From Yuukianura sp. NJ FZ-2021 (Eukaryota), in the NCBI GenBank assembly GCA_046563655.1, contig CM102285.1:372001-436000 (forward strand): 64,000 bases of DNA, given 5' to 3'. A program made the position numbers and the translations under genes. Positions 1 through 19,684 of this stretch are shown one piece after another. The notes under the pieces were generated by a model. That model made no database searches. It saw only the letters and a program-made list of their open reading frames with translations, and was not told the origin of the DNA. How positions within the stretch are numbered: the stretch's first letter is position 1; each line of letters opens with the position of its first letter.

Positions 1-1606
1 TTTGAAGTAGGTGGCCTTGTTACTTCTAAGTAATTTTTGAGTTTTATAAGTTGAGATTGACCTTGGTTGTGGTGAGATTGACGTAGTTTGGTTTCTGCAG
101 TTGAATGACCGTTGACTATAATGTTAGATTTGTAATTGGAAATTGAAGTGCAGACGACGATGATTGCGAAATTGCAAAATGAGAAGGAGCTGATTCATAT
201 TATTTGATGATTTAGTGTAATTTTTGATACTTTATAGAGTTGTTGCCTTCTCTTTTAAGTTGACGTTAGCAAAATAGGAAAATAACTGGAAAGAACCAAA
301 CGGAAAATGAATTTGATAATAGTGTCGCATAACATCTTTTAAGATGCTGCAGGAACTGGAGGGAGGAAAAACTTCAATTACGTTGTATAATCAAAAGTAT
401 ATATTTATATATAATAGTTTTATAATAAATTATTCGTTCTTTGAATTATGCAAATTGTATCTTTGATCTGTCGAGGGTAAACAATTTTTGGTTTGAATTT
501 GACAAAATGATATTTGACGAATTGTAATTTGACAAATTGGCATTTGACAAATTTTGTAATTTGGCAAATTGGCATTCGACAAAATTATTAGTTGGTGGTG
601 TTTTTTTATGGTAAGGATAACTGAGATTGAAAATTTGAGAAAAAAGGAAGACTTTTTTTTTAATTCTTGATGTTTTTAAAAATTTGGAAGTTTGGAATTT
701 CGAATTTTCAATTTTTTTTTCGAGAGATTGATTGCTTGGTTAGTGAATAATTCATGAATCAAAGGAAAATGAAAGTGCGAAAAAATTTGGGTGATGAGGG
801 AGATATGAGCTGGAGTGAAAAATTGAAAAGTGAAAAATGAAAGTTAGGAAAGTCGTTTTTTGAAATTTTGTAGTCGTTTGTCCTTCAACTCTTGTTTTGA
901 TTTTGAGTTCAACTGTAGAAGGATGTTTAAATTTAGTGTTGAAGTTGTTTAGGTGGATGCTGGAGAGAGTTTATAAGAAGATGATCATGAGAAAGGGAGA
1001 TGATCTTCCGTTTTTCATGTTCCAGGATGCATAAGTTAGGCTATAAGTTATAACCTAACATGCTGAAGTTGATGCGTGGTGGTCACCTACTTTGTGTCTT
1101 AAGTGTTCCCATTTAAATGCTGCTCTTTCGGCGGCATCTTCTGTCCTCCTACTTCTCATTCATCTTCTGTGTACACAGATCATCTTTTCATCTTCTAAAA
1201 ACATAACCTTCCAGACTCTTCCATGCAGTTGCATTTTGTCTAACTGCAAGGCAACTACACAAAAAGTGGACAGTGCGAGGGAACTTTGTCCGAGGTCATT
1301 TTGTGCAAGGAAAGAATTCTTTCCGCGGAAAAAGTGCTTGGACGAAAGTTAAAGTGGCTGTGGAGAAACTGAAATTTTGTGGGGCATTGTGAGACTTTGG
1401 ATTTTCGTAGATTTTGTTTCGGAGTTTGGGGATTTCGGAGTTTTTGTTTCGGAATTTGGGAGTTTCATTTTATTGTTGCAAGTTTTCGTGAAAGAAAGGA
1501 ATTTCGTGTTTTGGAATTTGAGTAGAAAGTTTGTGAATTTTTTTGAAATTTTGAAATTTGGTGACATTTGATTGGGTGGTGAAGGTGGGATGACGAAGCA
1601 GTCAAT

Positions 1607-2849
1607 CACGGATGCCCGAATTCCCGAGGTGCCACCCCGGTCAGAGGTCGGGGTCGTTTTGACCCCGGTCAGAGCTGAGGGAGGTCAGGAAGAATTTTTG
1701 GGCCTAAAAATCCCAAAATTTCTCTGCGCCTAACGGCGCAGTATCATTTTTATTCCGTTTTAGCTTCAATTACCGGGGTCAGAAGCGACTTTTGAACGTC
1801 CAAATCCAAAATTTCTCTGCGCCTAACGGCGCAGTATCATTTTTATTCTGTTTTGCTTCAATTACCGGGGTCATAAGCGACTTTTGAACGTCCAAATCCA
1901 AAATTTCTCTGCGCCTAACGGCGCAGTACCATTTTTATTCCGTTTTAGCTTCAATTACCGGGGTCAGAAGCGACTTTTGAACGTCCAAATCCAAAATTTC
2001 TCTGCGCCTAACGGCGCAGTACCATTTTTATTCCGTTTTAGCTTCAATTACCGGGGTCAGAAGCGACTTTTGAACGTCCAAATCCAAAATTTCTCTGCGC
2101 CTAACGGCGCAGTACCATTTTTATTCCGTTTTAGCTTCAATTACCGGGGTCAGAAGCGACTTTTGAACGTCCAAATCCAAAATTTCTCTGCGCCTAACGG
2201 CGCAGTATCATTTTTATTCTGTTTTGCTTCAATTACCGGGGTCATAAGCGACTTTTGAACGTCCAAATCCAAAAGTTATTCGCGCCTGACGGCGCGAATT
2301 AATCTATTCCGATTTTCTTTTATTAGGGTGATGCTCGGAACCAGATTCAGAAATCAGAATGCAGTATCGAAACCCAAAATTCGCAATAACAAGCCTACTT
2401 GCTTATTTCTAGCCGTTGTCGACACGATTTGTGAGGTCAAAAGTGATATTTCGAGGTTGCAACATCGAAAAAACTTCGCGCCTTGCGGCGCGATTTGATT
2501 CGTTCTAGCACCTTTCGACACAATTGCCGTGTTAGGATTGATTTTGGGGTTGAAAAATCGTAAAAATTTCGCGGCTTCCGCCGCGAGCTGATTTGCGCAA
2601 GATTTTGCGTCAAATTTCATCAAATAATGTGACACGAACAAATAAAAAAATTAAATAAGATAAAAACTGACGACCGGAGGGGTCAAGATTTCCTTCGCAG
2701 GGAGTGTTCTGTGGGTCAGCGACCTTGCCCGCGTAGATAAATATTGAATTTATGTGCCAAAAAATTCTCGACACATATGATTCCTGACCCCCCTTACTCC
2801 CTGGGTTTGGGCACCCCGACCTGACCCCTCGATTTTCGAAGCATCCGTG
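1607..2849. mobile_element. Putative non-autonomous DNA transposon carrying a 93-bp tandem array
   Basis: Imperfect TIRs CACGGATGC (1607) / GCATCCGTG (ends 2849), with GACCCC-rich subterminal motifs at both ends. No clear target-site duplication. Confidence 0.55.
1715..2272. repeat. 93-bp tandem repeat, about 6 near-identical copies
   Basis: Units start at 1715, 1808, 1901, 1994, 2087 and 2180. Each has the hairpin CTGCGCC-TAAC-GGCGCAG. Degenerate hairpins continue to about 2590. Confidence 0.95.
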
Positions 2850-4912
2850 CATGTCTGTGACGAAGTGACCTTGATGTTGGGAAAGCGATGAGTTTATGAG
2901 TTTTTAGTAAAAAGTTAGGTTTTTTTTTCTGGTTTGTATGCTGTGGGTAATTTGTGGACGAACGTGTAGAGTGACTCATGGTTTCTTAAATTAAAAAAGA
3001 GACCCTTAAGTACCTCTTTAAACTTTAAAGAACTTTTTTTGAAATTTTGAAAAGCGGTGTTTGTCTGATGGGATTTTGAGAGGCTGCTGTTCGGTTATTT
3101 GTGGAAACCGAGAGTCTATTTTTGCAATTGTGACCTTTTCGACTGAAGCTAAAAAGAACCGGCTAAAATTACGACCAAGAAATTAACGTTAATCGAATTC
3201 TTCAATTAACCCTAATCGAATTTCAGTTTTCAACCCAAAATTAAAATTGTGTTACGCTAACGCATCTCCAATTCTTTAAAAGCGGAGTTTTTGAAGCGCA
3301 CAAAAAGATTTACTAAAAAGTTTATTTTTCCTTGTTTCAGTTTTTTCAAAAGTTTTAAAAAAGTGGCTCCCAGACAATGTCGATTTTTAACTTGGATTTC
3401 CAGAAAGACGTTTTAAAATTGCCATTTTTTGAAGGAAATTTTTCTTTAATTTTTTCTTTTTAAAAAAGGTGTGTTTTTTTTTTGGTAAAAGCTTAGGTTA
3501 GGTTAGCTTTTGTTCCAAAAGTGTGTTAAAAAGGTTGTTCTAAAAAGTGTTTTGAAAAGTTTGTTCTAAAAGTGTTTGATCGTGTAATTCGTATTGTTTG
3601 TGAATGACTAAAAAAGTTATTTTTGGTGCGAGTGACGTGTAAGATTCGTGCGTCACTGTAGCCTTGTTCCTTCCGCCTCGATTATCCTTGAACATTATTC
3701 TTCATCTTTGCCATTTTCACTGGATCTGTACTTTTTACAACTGTGGGAAATACAGAGTGTGTAAGACGTGTAAAAAATACACGTAAAAAGTACGTGTAAA
3801 AAGTACACGTAAAAGTACATGTAAAAAGTAGGAGGGAGGATGATTTGTAAAACTCGGCAACAGATCCGAGGAAGATTAAAAAAAATGTTGTAAATTCTGA
3901 TTTTTTTTAGATGTTGATGCTGAGGAATTTTTGGTATTGTAGTTTCAAACTAGTCTCTTTTTTAATGCAGTTTTTTAAAAAAAATTTGGAACATTTTTTG
4001 AAAGTTTGTTGGAACTTTTTTGAAGTTTTTTTTGGACCAGTTTTTGGCGGGGAATGTTTGAATTAGATTTCATTTTATTTATAAGCACGGTTTTTGTGTT
4101 CGGAGAAGGGCGGAGTAATTTGTTAATTTTTGGAGACCGTGTGACAGGTTTGTGTTTCCAATTATTTTGAAAATAGAAGGTGAGCCACCATTTGGCGGGG
4201 CAACATTTTTTGGCCAGGAGCCACCGCTTTTGAAGTGACGGAGAATGTGCGTAGATTAGAGCACGAATTAAGCCAAAATTATTCTTGGACTATAATTTAT
4301 ACAATTCAAAAAAAAAAAGTTCACTCAAAACTGCACATACAAAAAAAATTGTTCACAGAAAACTGCAACTTCAAAAAAAATGTTCTAAAAATTTCTTTGC
4401 AGTTAAAATCTTTTCTAGTGTTAAATTTTTTTCTTGGGAAAGTTGTGACGTACAAGGAAAGTGTGAGTGTGAGATTTTTTTTGCAGAAATTGTTGGAGGG
4501 TTGCAAAATTTTGAAATTTTGAAATTTTGGAAAAAGAATTGAGAATTTTGGAAGGGAGATTTATTAGCCTTGTGGATTTCGGTGTAATCGGATTGCTTGA
4601 TTTTGCAGATGTGATTGTAAAAATTGTTATCAGAGATTTTTTTTAAATTTGCATTGACTTTGCAATTGTGTGCGGTTTGATGTGCTGAATTGTGCAAACA
4701 GTTTGGAATCTGGGAAGAGTGAATTGATAATCAGCAAGTATACTGACAGCATCGCAGTTTTGCATTCGAGATACTTGTGGTGTGGATCGCTTATTCGTCA
4801 TCCCCCTTCACCCGCCTGTTCTACATTCAAGGTTTTTTAGTCTCAACTCAGCCTCTGAACAGATCACTTTGTCACACCCTCCACTTCCAACACAAAGTTT
4901 AAAAACCAAGTT

Positions 4913-4957
4913 TGTTTACATCCGAGTGACCTTTGACCCCGGAGTGACCTTTGACCC
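4913..4957 (+). promoter_or_regulatory. Two tandem DR1 nuclear-receptor elements plus a forkhead-type site just upstream of the Hnf4 ATG
   Basis: TGACCTTTGACCC at 4927-4939 and 4945-4957 (reverse complement GGGTCAAAGGTCA). TGTTTAC at 4913-4919. Confidence 0.5.
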
Positions 4958-4987
4958 CGACACACAAGAGTGGAACAGTTTGAAGGA

Positions 4988-11932
<6,945 letters not shown>

Positions 11933-12309
11933 ATTTTGAAATGTCGGATTATAAAATATCAAAATTAAATTATAGTTTTATAGTTTTAAAATTATAGTTT
12001 TTAATTTTAGTTTTTAAAAATCCAAATCTTCCTGTTTTCTGTTCCTTTAAAAAAAGAGAGGGAAAAGAGCACGTGACTTTTGAAAATGGTGGGAATATGT
12101 CGTTAATTCTTTGTTTTGCTTTTTAACTTATGGGAAAAACTAAGTTTTTAATTACAGTTAAGTTAATTATTAAATTGTAATTAAGCTAAATTGACGCTCA
12201 AAATGCTCTCTGAAGAGAGAACAATTTATGGTTACTATTAGATTTGTTATTGGCTGTGATTAATTTTAAACAATTTAAATTTTTTAGATTTTTAGAAAAT
12301 TAGGGTAAG

Positions 12310-12478
12310 ACGGAGCGGGTGAAATGGTCGAAAGCACTTGGTTCGAAACGTGAAATGTTCAAAAAGTGAAAAGGTCAACCTTTACAAATAGTAGGTTATG
12401 CATGATTGTCATGTTTTCTAGTGTTCGATATTTTCACTTTTTGACCAAATTGCTTTCGACCAATTTACACGAAACCGT
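12310..12478. mobile_element. Small foldback MITE
   Basis: Imperfect terminal inverted repeats ACGG...AAATGGTCGAAAGCA / TGCTTTCGACCAATTT...CCGT. Confidence 0.5.
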
Positions 12479-13522
12479 GTGAAAACGTATATTTTTATGG
12501 GGATTAACATTTTAAGAATGAATGTTAATTGTTAATTAAGTTAATTAGTTAATTAAGGTGTAGTTAATTTGCATGTTTAGTCAAACTTAAAGCTTATGTT
12601 TTAAAACTTGTTGGAAAAAGAATCATGAATTATGGAAGTAAGCAATTTGGTGCTAAAAATGACAATTCGTTTTATTACAACTAGCGAAATTTTGGGATGA
12701 AGTTTTTCAAAAAAAAAATGTTTCTGCAGAAAATGAAGTTAATAGTCAAATTTTGAGAGAAAAAAAAATTCTATTTTGGTGTTTTAGCACAAGAAATATT
12801 TTATTTTGTAATTTGTAAATCCGAAAATGTGTTATATGGAGAGATATATTAAAATCATCATATTCTTGTTCAAAATTTTCAAAGTTCAAAATTCTGGATG
12901 TTCAAAATTTTGAAGATTCTTGCATTAGGGTTCACAAAGTTCAGAATTGTTATTGTTTGGAGCATAGCAAACTTTACAGTATGCAAAACTTCAGTTTTTA
13001 TGGCGCACGTGAACTCGCGACTCAATGAATTGAAATTCTTCGTCTTCCGATAACGAGTCTCATGCAAAAAATAAACAATCTAATTTTGCAACTTCCGAAA
13101 ATTGCAAATACTGAACTTGCATTTTTACATACTTTTTCAGTTTGACATGCCTAAACTTCACCTTCAAGTTTTAGAATTTTTGTTTCAACGTTTAGAATTT
13201 ATGATTTTGAACATAAGCTGCTTATTCCACACTGCTCGCTCATAAAATTAGAACTGAAAAGTTCAGTTGACAAGAGAGCTTTGACCCCTTGCAGAACAAT
13301 GGACTTAAGTTTTACATTCAACGGTCAACAGTTTTTGAAAAGCATTGTTTCTGTATTCGAAATGTTGACCGTTGGGACACTTTTGAACAGTTTCTTGAAC
13401 TATTTTTAAAAACAGACTTTGGAATTTGCATGCATTTCTCAGAAATTCTTAAAAGTTGGAGTCCAAGGGAGGTCGGTCCCTCCTTTGACAAATTCCCTCC
13501 AAATCTCACTGGTACCCGCCAT

Positions 13523-14668
13523 TGTCATAGTGTGACAGTCAACTATGTGAAATAGTCTATGTGTCCAATGTATAGATTAACATAACCTTTGTTCCAGAAT
13601 TGGACACCTTATTTCTTGTTATCACAAGTCATCCTCCCACTGCACACCCAGTCGATGTGGACCGGATATCAGGAGTAACTTGTAACTCCTGTCGGAAGGT
13701 ATAAGAAGGAGTCGCACGATCCTCGCAGTTCAGTCGAGGTCACGTCGCAGTCGAGGTCACACTGTCAACGAACAATCACTGGACATCGGAGGTCAACGTC
13801 AACTTGGAGGTCAACAAGAAACAGTCTCTCACTGGACATCGGACGTCAAACGTTTGCGAAACGCTGGATTCCCGTCGAGGTCAAATCGTCGGTACAACGT
13901 TGGATTGTCGTCCAGGTCAAATCGTCGGTGTGACGTTGTGTGATCGACTATAACGTCAGGTCACCTCTGTCCACTGCGACTTGTGCCAGTTCCAGTCAAG
14001 TCATGAATCCTGTTGACATTTGAGGCATTGCTGGCTGGTTATAAGTGGATTATCCACCACCGGGTGGCAATGCTTCGAACGTCACGCAGGAAATTCGTCA
14101 GTTCGGGACAAGGACGTTACGGAAGGAAGAGGAACAAGGTCAAAGGTCATCGAAGACACATGAGGTCAGGGATCAAGAACTGCGGACTGTGGCGGTCCCT
14201 TTGGTGATCTAGCTTTGTGACATGTCGTGGATCATAAAGCTAGGTTAGCAAAGTGACTGAGACTGTCCAAATCACCAGCAACACAACGACAACGTCGTCA
14301 GAACGAACAGCGGCCATGTTGGATCGTGACATTCAAGATTTGGAAGGCAGAGCACGCGTCAGTGCCAATCTAGTGTCATGAAATATTGGTTTTTGACCGA
14401 CATGACTAGATTGAACACTCGACTCACGCTTAAGTCTTGAAACCATCGTTAATCGTCGTGTTCCAGTCGTCACAATATCGTTTTTAATTAGTTATGTACA
14501 ATTAACTAACTGTTGTGTAAATTAGTCTGTTTAAGGTCAAGGTTTGTTTGAATGTAGTTTATCATTCGTACAAAAATTGTATATGCAGAATTCCCGGTCG
14601 AAGTAAGGATTAAGGACGGTCATTGTAGCCGCAGTGTTGCCACGTCGGCCATTTTGTGTGACTATAAC
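13523..14668 (+). mobile_element. Possible solo LTR or other repeat-derived insertion
   Basis: Higher-GC non-coding block starting TGTCATAGT and ending ACTATAAC (loose inverted termini), TATA-like GGTATAAGAAG near 13700, internal short direct repeats. No clear TSD. Confidence 0.3.
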
Positions 14669-15174
14669 CTACTTTTTTTTTCATAATTTTAACACAATTT
14701 CGAAGCAGTAAACCATTTTTTGAATAATTTTGAAACTTTTTAGCCATAAGGATTTGGATTAAAACTGTCTTGTCCTTCATTTAGTTCCTGTACAGTATTC
14801 TACAAAGTTTTTTTTTTAATCTTTTAGAAAAAGGGGTTCGGCGACTACTTTTTTAAAATAAACTTCTTTGACAAAAATTTTCTTGTTCAAGACGTGTTCT
14901 AAAAAGCATAAAGCCGTTTCTTAGAAAACTGGATTTTCAAAATCTTTTCTCAAACGTTACTTGAGCAGAACAATTTTGTAAAAACCGAACCAAGGTTATT
15001 CATAGCTGTGGGTTTTCAGCTTTTTTTTAAATTTTGTTCTAAAAAGTATCTTTTCTTTCATATTTTCAGAATATCTATTTGAAATTTTCATTCCAATTTT
15101 CGTTTTGGACACGACCGGTCACAAAATTTGGCGCTAAAATTTTTGAATCTTCAACCATCATCCACACGGTAACA

Positions 15175-15761
15175 ATGAAGGTGGTTCCAATAGTAAGTGT
15201 ATTACTAACTTTGCGGTTGCGATAGAAAAATATAGGTTTTACGAAAACTTTTTGTTTGAACAGGTTTTCCTCGTGACGATTCTCATGATTCTGGTTGACT
15301 CGCGCCCACAACAGGAAGATCGAGGTCACTCGCGGCCACAACAGCAAGGTCAAGGTCACTCGCGGCCGCAACAGCAAGGTCAAGGTCACTCACGCCCGCA
15401 ACAGCAGGGTCAAGGTCACTCACGCCCGCAACAGCAGGGTCAAGCTTCACGGCCGCAAAATCAAGCGTACCCGTCAGCTGTTCAGGTCCAAGGGTATCCA
15501 CAGACGTACCCAATCGGAGTTAGTGGGTACCCGGTCGTGTACCCTGCTGTACCCGCCTATTACCCGGGCGGCGTGGTTGGGCTAGGAGCTCTGGGCCCGC
15601 CGGCACTCTACCCTGCTTACCCCACCCCCGTGGGTTCAGGAGGAGTGGAAATTGTACCCGTCGGAGCCCTTGGCGGGAATTCTGTAATTGTCATTCCCAC
15701 AACTGTGGTTGGTCGTCAAAGTCAACCAAAACCAGAAGCAAATCCAGCAGTAGCTGCATAA
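15175..15761 (+). CDS. Small secreted Gln/Gly/Pro/Tyr-rich protein (about 171 aa), cuticle-protein-like low complexity
   Basis: Exon 1 15175-15192 (MKVVPI, GTAAGT donor) and exon 2 15264-15761. Signal peptide MKVVPIVFLVTILMILVDS, 30-bp repeats encoding HSRPQQQGQG, then YP/PAY-rich region. Confidence 0.8.
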
Positions 15762-16271
15762 CTTGTTAAAAAGCGTACTTTTTAACATAATTCTGAAGCA
15801 GTTCATCATTTTTTTTGAATAATTTTGAAACTTTTTTTTTGCTGTAATGATTTGAATTTCTTTGAATTGTCTTTGTTTTGAATTTCCTTCATTCCGTTTT
15901 TGTAAAATATTCCATAAAATGTAGATTTTTTAAGCTTTTACGAAAAAGGAGTTCCGCAGCATGGATTCGGCGCCAACTTTTTTAAAAATAAACGTTTTTA
16001 AGAAAAACTTCTTTGTTCGAAAATTTTTGTCCTAAAAAGGATAAGCCGTTTCTTAGAAAACTGAATTTTCCAAATCCTTACATTACTTGAGCAGAACAAT
16101 TTGTTAAAAACCGACCCAGCTTAACGTTTTTGTTTTAAAAAGTGTCTTGCGTTTGCCATTTTCAAAATTTCAATTTGAAATTTCCATTCCAATTTTGGTT
16201 TTGGACAAGACCGGTCACAAAATTTGGCGCTAAATTTTTAAATCTTCAACCAGCATCCACTCGGTAGCAAT

Positions 16272-16923
16272 ATGAAGGTGGTTCCAATCGTAAGTTCAAA
16301 TCTTAAACTTCTGATTGAAAGTTATATTTTTTATGAAAAAATGATAACTTTTATAAAAGGAATTATAAATTTTATGAAAAAATGATAACTTTTTTGAATT
16401 TTTTTTTGAACAGCTTCTCATCGTGACCATTCTCATGATTCTGGTTGGCGAAAGTACGTCAAAGGTCATGAGGTCAAAGGGCACTCGGCCATTGCTCCAA
16501 ATCAACTCCCATGCTGGCACCACCTTCAAAGTTCGTCACCTACCGTCCAAGTATCGCCCAACCGAACACATTCTGAACCATGAAGACTTGAAAAAGCGGA
16601 TAGCCGTGATGGTCAAAGGTCACAAGTCAAAGTCAAGGTCAAGATCAAGGTCACGCAGAAGTTTGGACCATGAAGAGCCCAGTGGAACCAAGCTGCATTT
16701 GACCTCTGTCCCAACCGGAAGTGACCTGGAGTTGGACACTGGAGCTCCAAGTGACGATTGGTTCTTTGCTGACCTTGACCCCGAAGTGTTTGGTGACCTT
16801 GAAACTGCTGGAACGTTTTGGCCCTTTGTGTCTTCCCGCAGAGTGGTCGTGCGACGTCCAGTTCCAGCTGGAACTGTCGTCGTCAGGCGACGTGGTTGGT
16901 GGCCAGCAGGACCAGCAGCTTAA
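16272..16923 (+). CDS. Small secreted prepro-protein (about 175 aa) with a cationic Arg/Trp/Val-rich C-terminus
   Basis: Exon 1 16272-16289 (MKVVPI) and exon 2 16414-16923. Signal peptide, furin-like RSRR, acidic spacer ending DLETAGT, tail FWPFVSSRRVVVRRPVPAGTVVVRRRGWWPAGPAA. Confidence 0.8.
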
Positions 16924-19684
16924 ATCTAAGTTAATTAAGAGTTAACAATTAATTGACTCAAAATAATTATAATTCGTTTTACAAATTAATTTGAAATGAT
17001 TGTTTTTGAAACAGTTTGAATTTTCAAACAAAAAATAAACCTATTGCTCTTTATGATCTACTAGGAAGGTATTACAATTCATGTAATTAGTTTAGTTGAC
17101 TGTGAATTACTTTAATTCAATGTAATTCAAAATAATTCAAAGTTAATTCAGAGTAATTTGAGTAAATAGCTGAAATCTGCCTATTGTTTTAAACAATCCG
17201 TCTGCCGCTTTTGTTTTTTAAAACATCTCGCGACATCTAGCGGCCACTGAGCGCCATTTTTCAGAACTCAAAAATTTCGCGGTCAGCTGCTGGCGTCAGC
17301 TGTGAGGACAAACGGCATTTTCCTAAAACAAAAATTTTACTTGTAAAAGTTAAATTAAAATTGGTTTAAGTTTAATTACGTTGATTAATTGTAACTTTGA
17401 GTTGAATTGAGCAGACTTTTGAGAGAAGGTGAGACATTTGTGGAATTTGGGGTTTATTTCTATTTCCGAGGTGTGAGAAATCTATTTTTACTTTTCCCCT
17501 AAACTTAAGTCATTTCATCACTGTTGTTTTGATTTTTTTTCCTGTTTGCAAATTTTTGTAAGTACTACTGGTTTTCCTTGAGTCAAAGATTGGAACTTGA
17601 TTAACCAAGTTACGTTAATGATTAATCTAAAAGTACAAAAGTGGTAAGACAGTTGCGCTATGCTAAGGAATTGTCGTCTTTCGTTCAGTAAATGAAGTTC
17701 AGTTTAGTGTGATGTTCAGTAATCTTGTTTTTTTTTTCAGTGGTACATGGTGACTTGGTGGTTAAATTGGCTCATTAACTAGCAAGCACTGTACAGAGCA
17801 AGTAGCAGCATCAAGATACTGGCGGCCAGCATCAGCATTATCACGTAATCCTTTTTATTCTTTTATCAGAGTTTATTGCTATAAACAAACGCAGATTCTT
17901 AATTTTTAATTTGGAATTGTGTATGTAGAATCTTGATTCACAAGAAGAAGGCATAAACATGTTTATTTTCCCAGGAATTGCTGAACTGAAGGAACATTGT
18001 CTTCTGATCTTCTGATTCTGATTATTCCTTGCAGGCAGGAAGTTCCTTAGTATCTTGTCACCCCTACCAACAAGACAACAGTGCAAGGTCATTCCGCCTT
18101 CGTCTCTGTTCAAACAGCAAAGGTTAAGGTCAGACAGAGATGAAAACAACAATAGGAGTAAACACTACCAGCACCACGTCACGTATTCACTATTTCAACT
18201 TCTAGTGGAAGTGGACTATTGGGAAGGAAGATCTGTGGGATATGGAGAGTACGATTACCTCATCCTCACTTTACCATACGAGAGCATAGGATCATTCGTT
18301 TCGGGTAGATTTGCTCATGAACTGATTTACGAGAGAGCAGTTGCCAGTTGAACATCAACAGAACACCTCTGCTCAACAGATCATCTCCGACAACCAACAG
18401 GAAACAGGACAACAGGATCATTCTGTTGTTACTGCCAACTTCTGAGATATTAGGAACTAATCGGATACTCTCATCAATTCAATTTAGGTAAGGTCAGTTT
18501 TTTCTTTACTAAATATGTTACATGACCTTCTGAATGAGCCCGTCTGAATTCTTGAAACAGAGCAGATTGTTTAAGCTAATTACTGAAAGTTGCGGTTAAT
18601 TGGTTTGTGTTTCTTAACTTTCTAAGGTTAGACTTAGTTAGTGATGTAACGAGAGGTTGTTAATGTGAAATTGAAAGCATTTGGCATTTTGGATTTGGTT
18701 TGTGTTGGAACGATGATGAGGATGACGAGGCTGTGCTATTATTAGGCTCGTTTTTTCTTCTGCTCTTTGTCAGTCCACTTTCTAAACATAGACACTCTCC
18801 AATTTTTAGTAAACAAAACTCATATCATGCATTACAACTGAAAAAAAGACTAAAATAATTCATTATAAACTATAAAGTATAAAGTATAAATTATTAAGTG
18901 CAGCCAAATGATAAACTATAAATCATAAACGATAAACTGTAAAGACTATAATTCGTCATTAACCATTGAATCTTATCCAGAAAAGAAACAGCACGACTTT
19001 ACAATCATCAGTGACCTTGGGCATCACACTTTGTCCTGGATCCTGGAAGTACATTAGATAATCACTTACTTTTACTAACTAAACTTACCAACTTTAACTT
19101 CCTTGGTTATAGTACTTTTAGCACTAACTTAGCTCCTAATTGTTCCAAATTGACGTTATTTATCACACACCCTGGAAATTATGGATTTTCATGGACAGGT
19201 TCAACGAGTTTATCGAGTTGGAAAATTTCAGCATTTTGGGCTCCACGAATAATTTAGTAGTTCTATTTTTTATTAACGACTATTGATTTCTTTTTCCGTG
19301 AGCATTAGGAATTGGCAATTCAAAACTCGAACATGTCAACTTATCAACTAAAAAAATTTTTAGTACTATGTCATATGTTGGTTGATGTCATTTGAGACCA
19401 AAAGCTGAAAGTAGTTTGGAGTGAATAACAAAAACATTATTGAAGGCAAACTTGGAACACGAACATCTTTTTTGCATTCCTCCAAAAATTTTAGCAAAGA
19501 GAAGTTTTAGTTGAGTGTTGACAACTGGCAGGACCACTTCTCACCACTTTTGTGCGATAACATGTTAAAAGCAGTTTAAAACCAAACTGTAAAGAAGTCT
19601 AAAAGTTTAGTTTTTCAAAAAGTTTAGTTGTTCTAAAAGTTCAGTTTTTGTAAAAAGTGGTTGTTTTATTTTCAGTGCCAGAAG

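Noticed and set aside
1884-2258. 124-aa ORF with 31-aa repeats
   Set aside because: It is a by-product of the 93-bp tandem array and has no ATG or splice context.
17226-17256. Promoter motifs TCTCGCGA and CATCTAGCGG
   Set aside because: Plausible housekeeping promoter for the AMFR-like gene, but too short to support without TSS data.
17841-18560. Possible LTR or coding exons upstream of the AMFR-like gene
   Set aside because: No convincing TG...CA termini with TSD and no recognisable protein motif in the ORFs.
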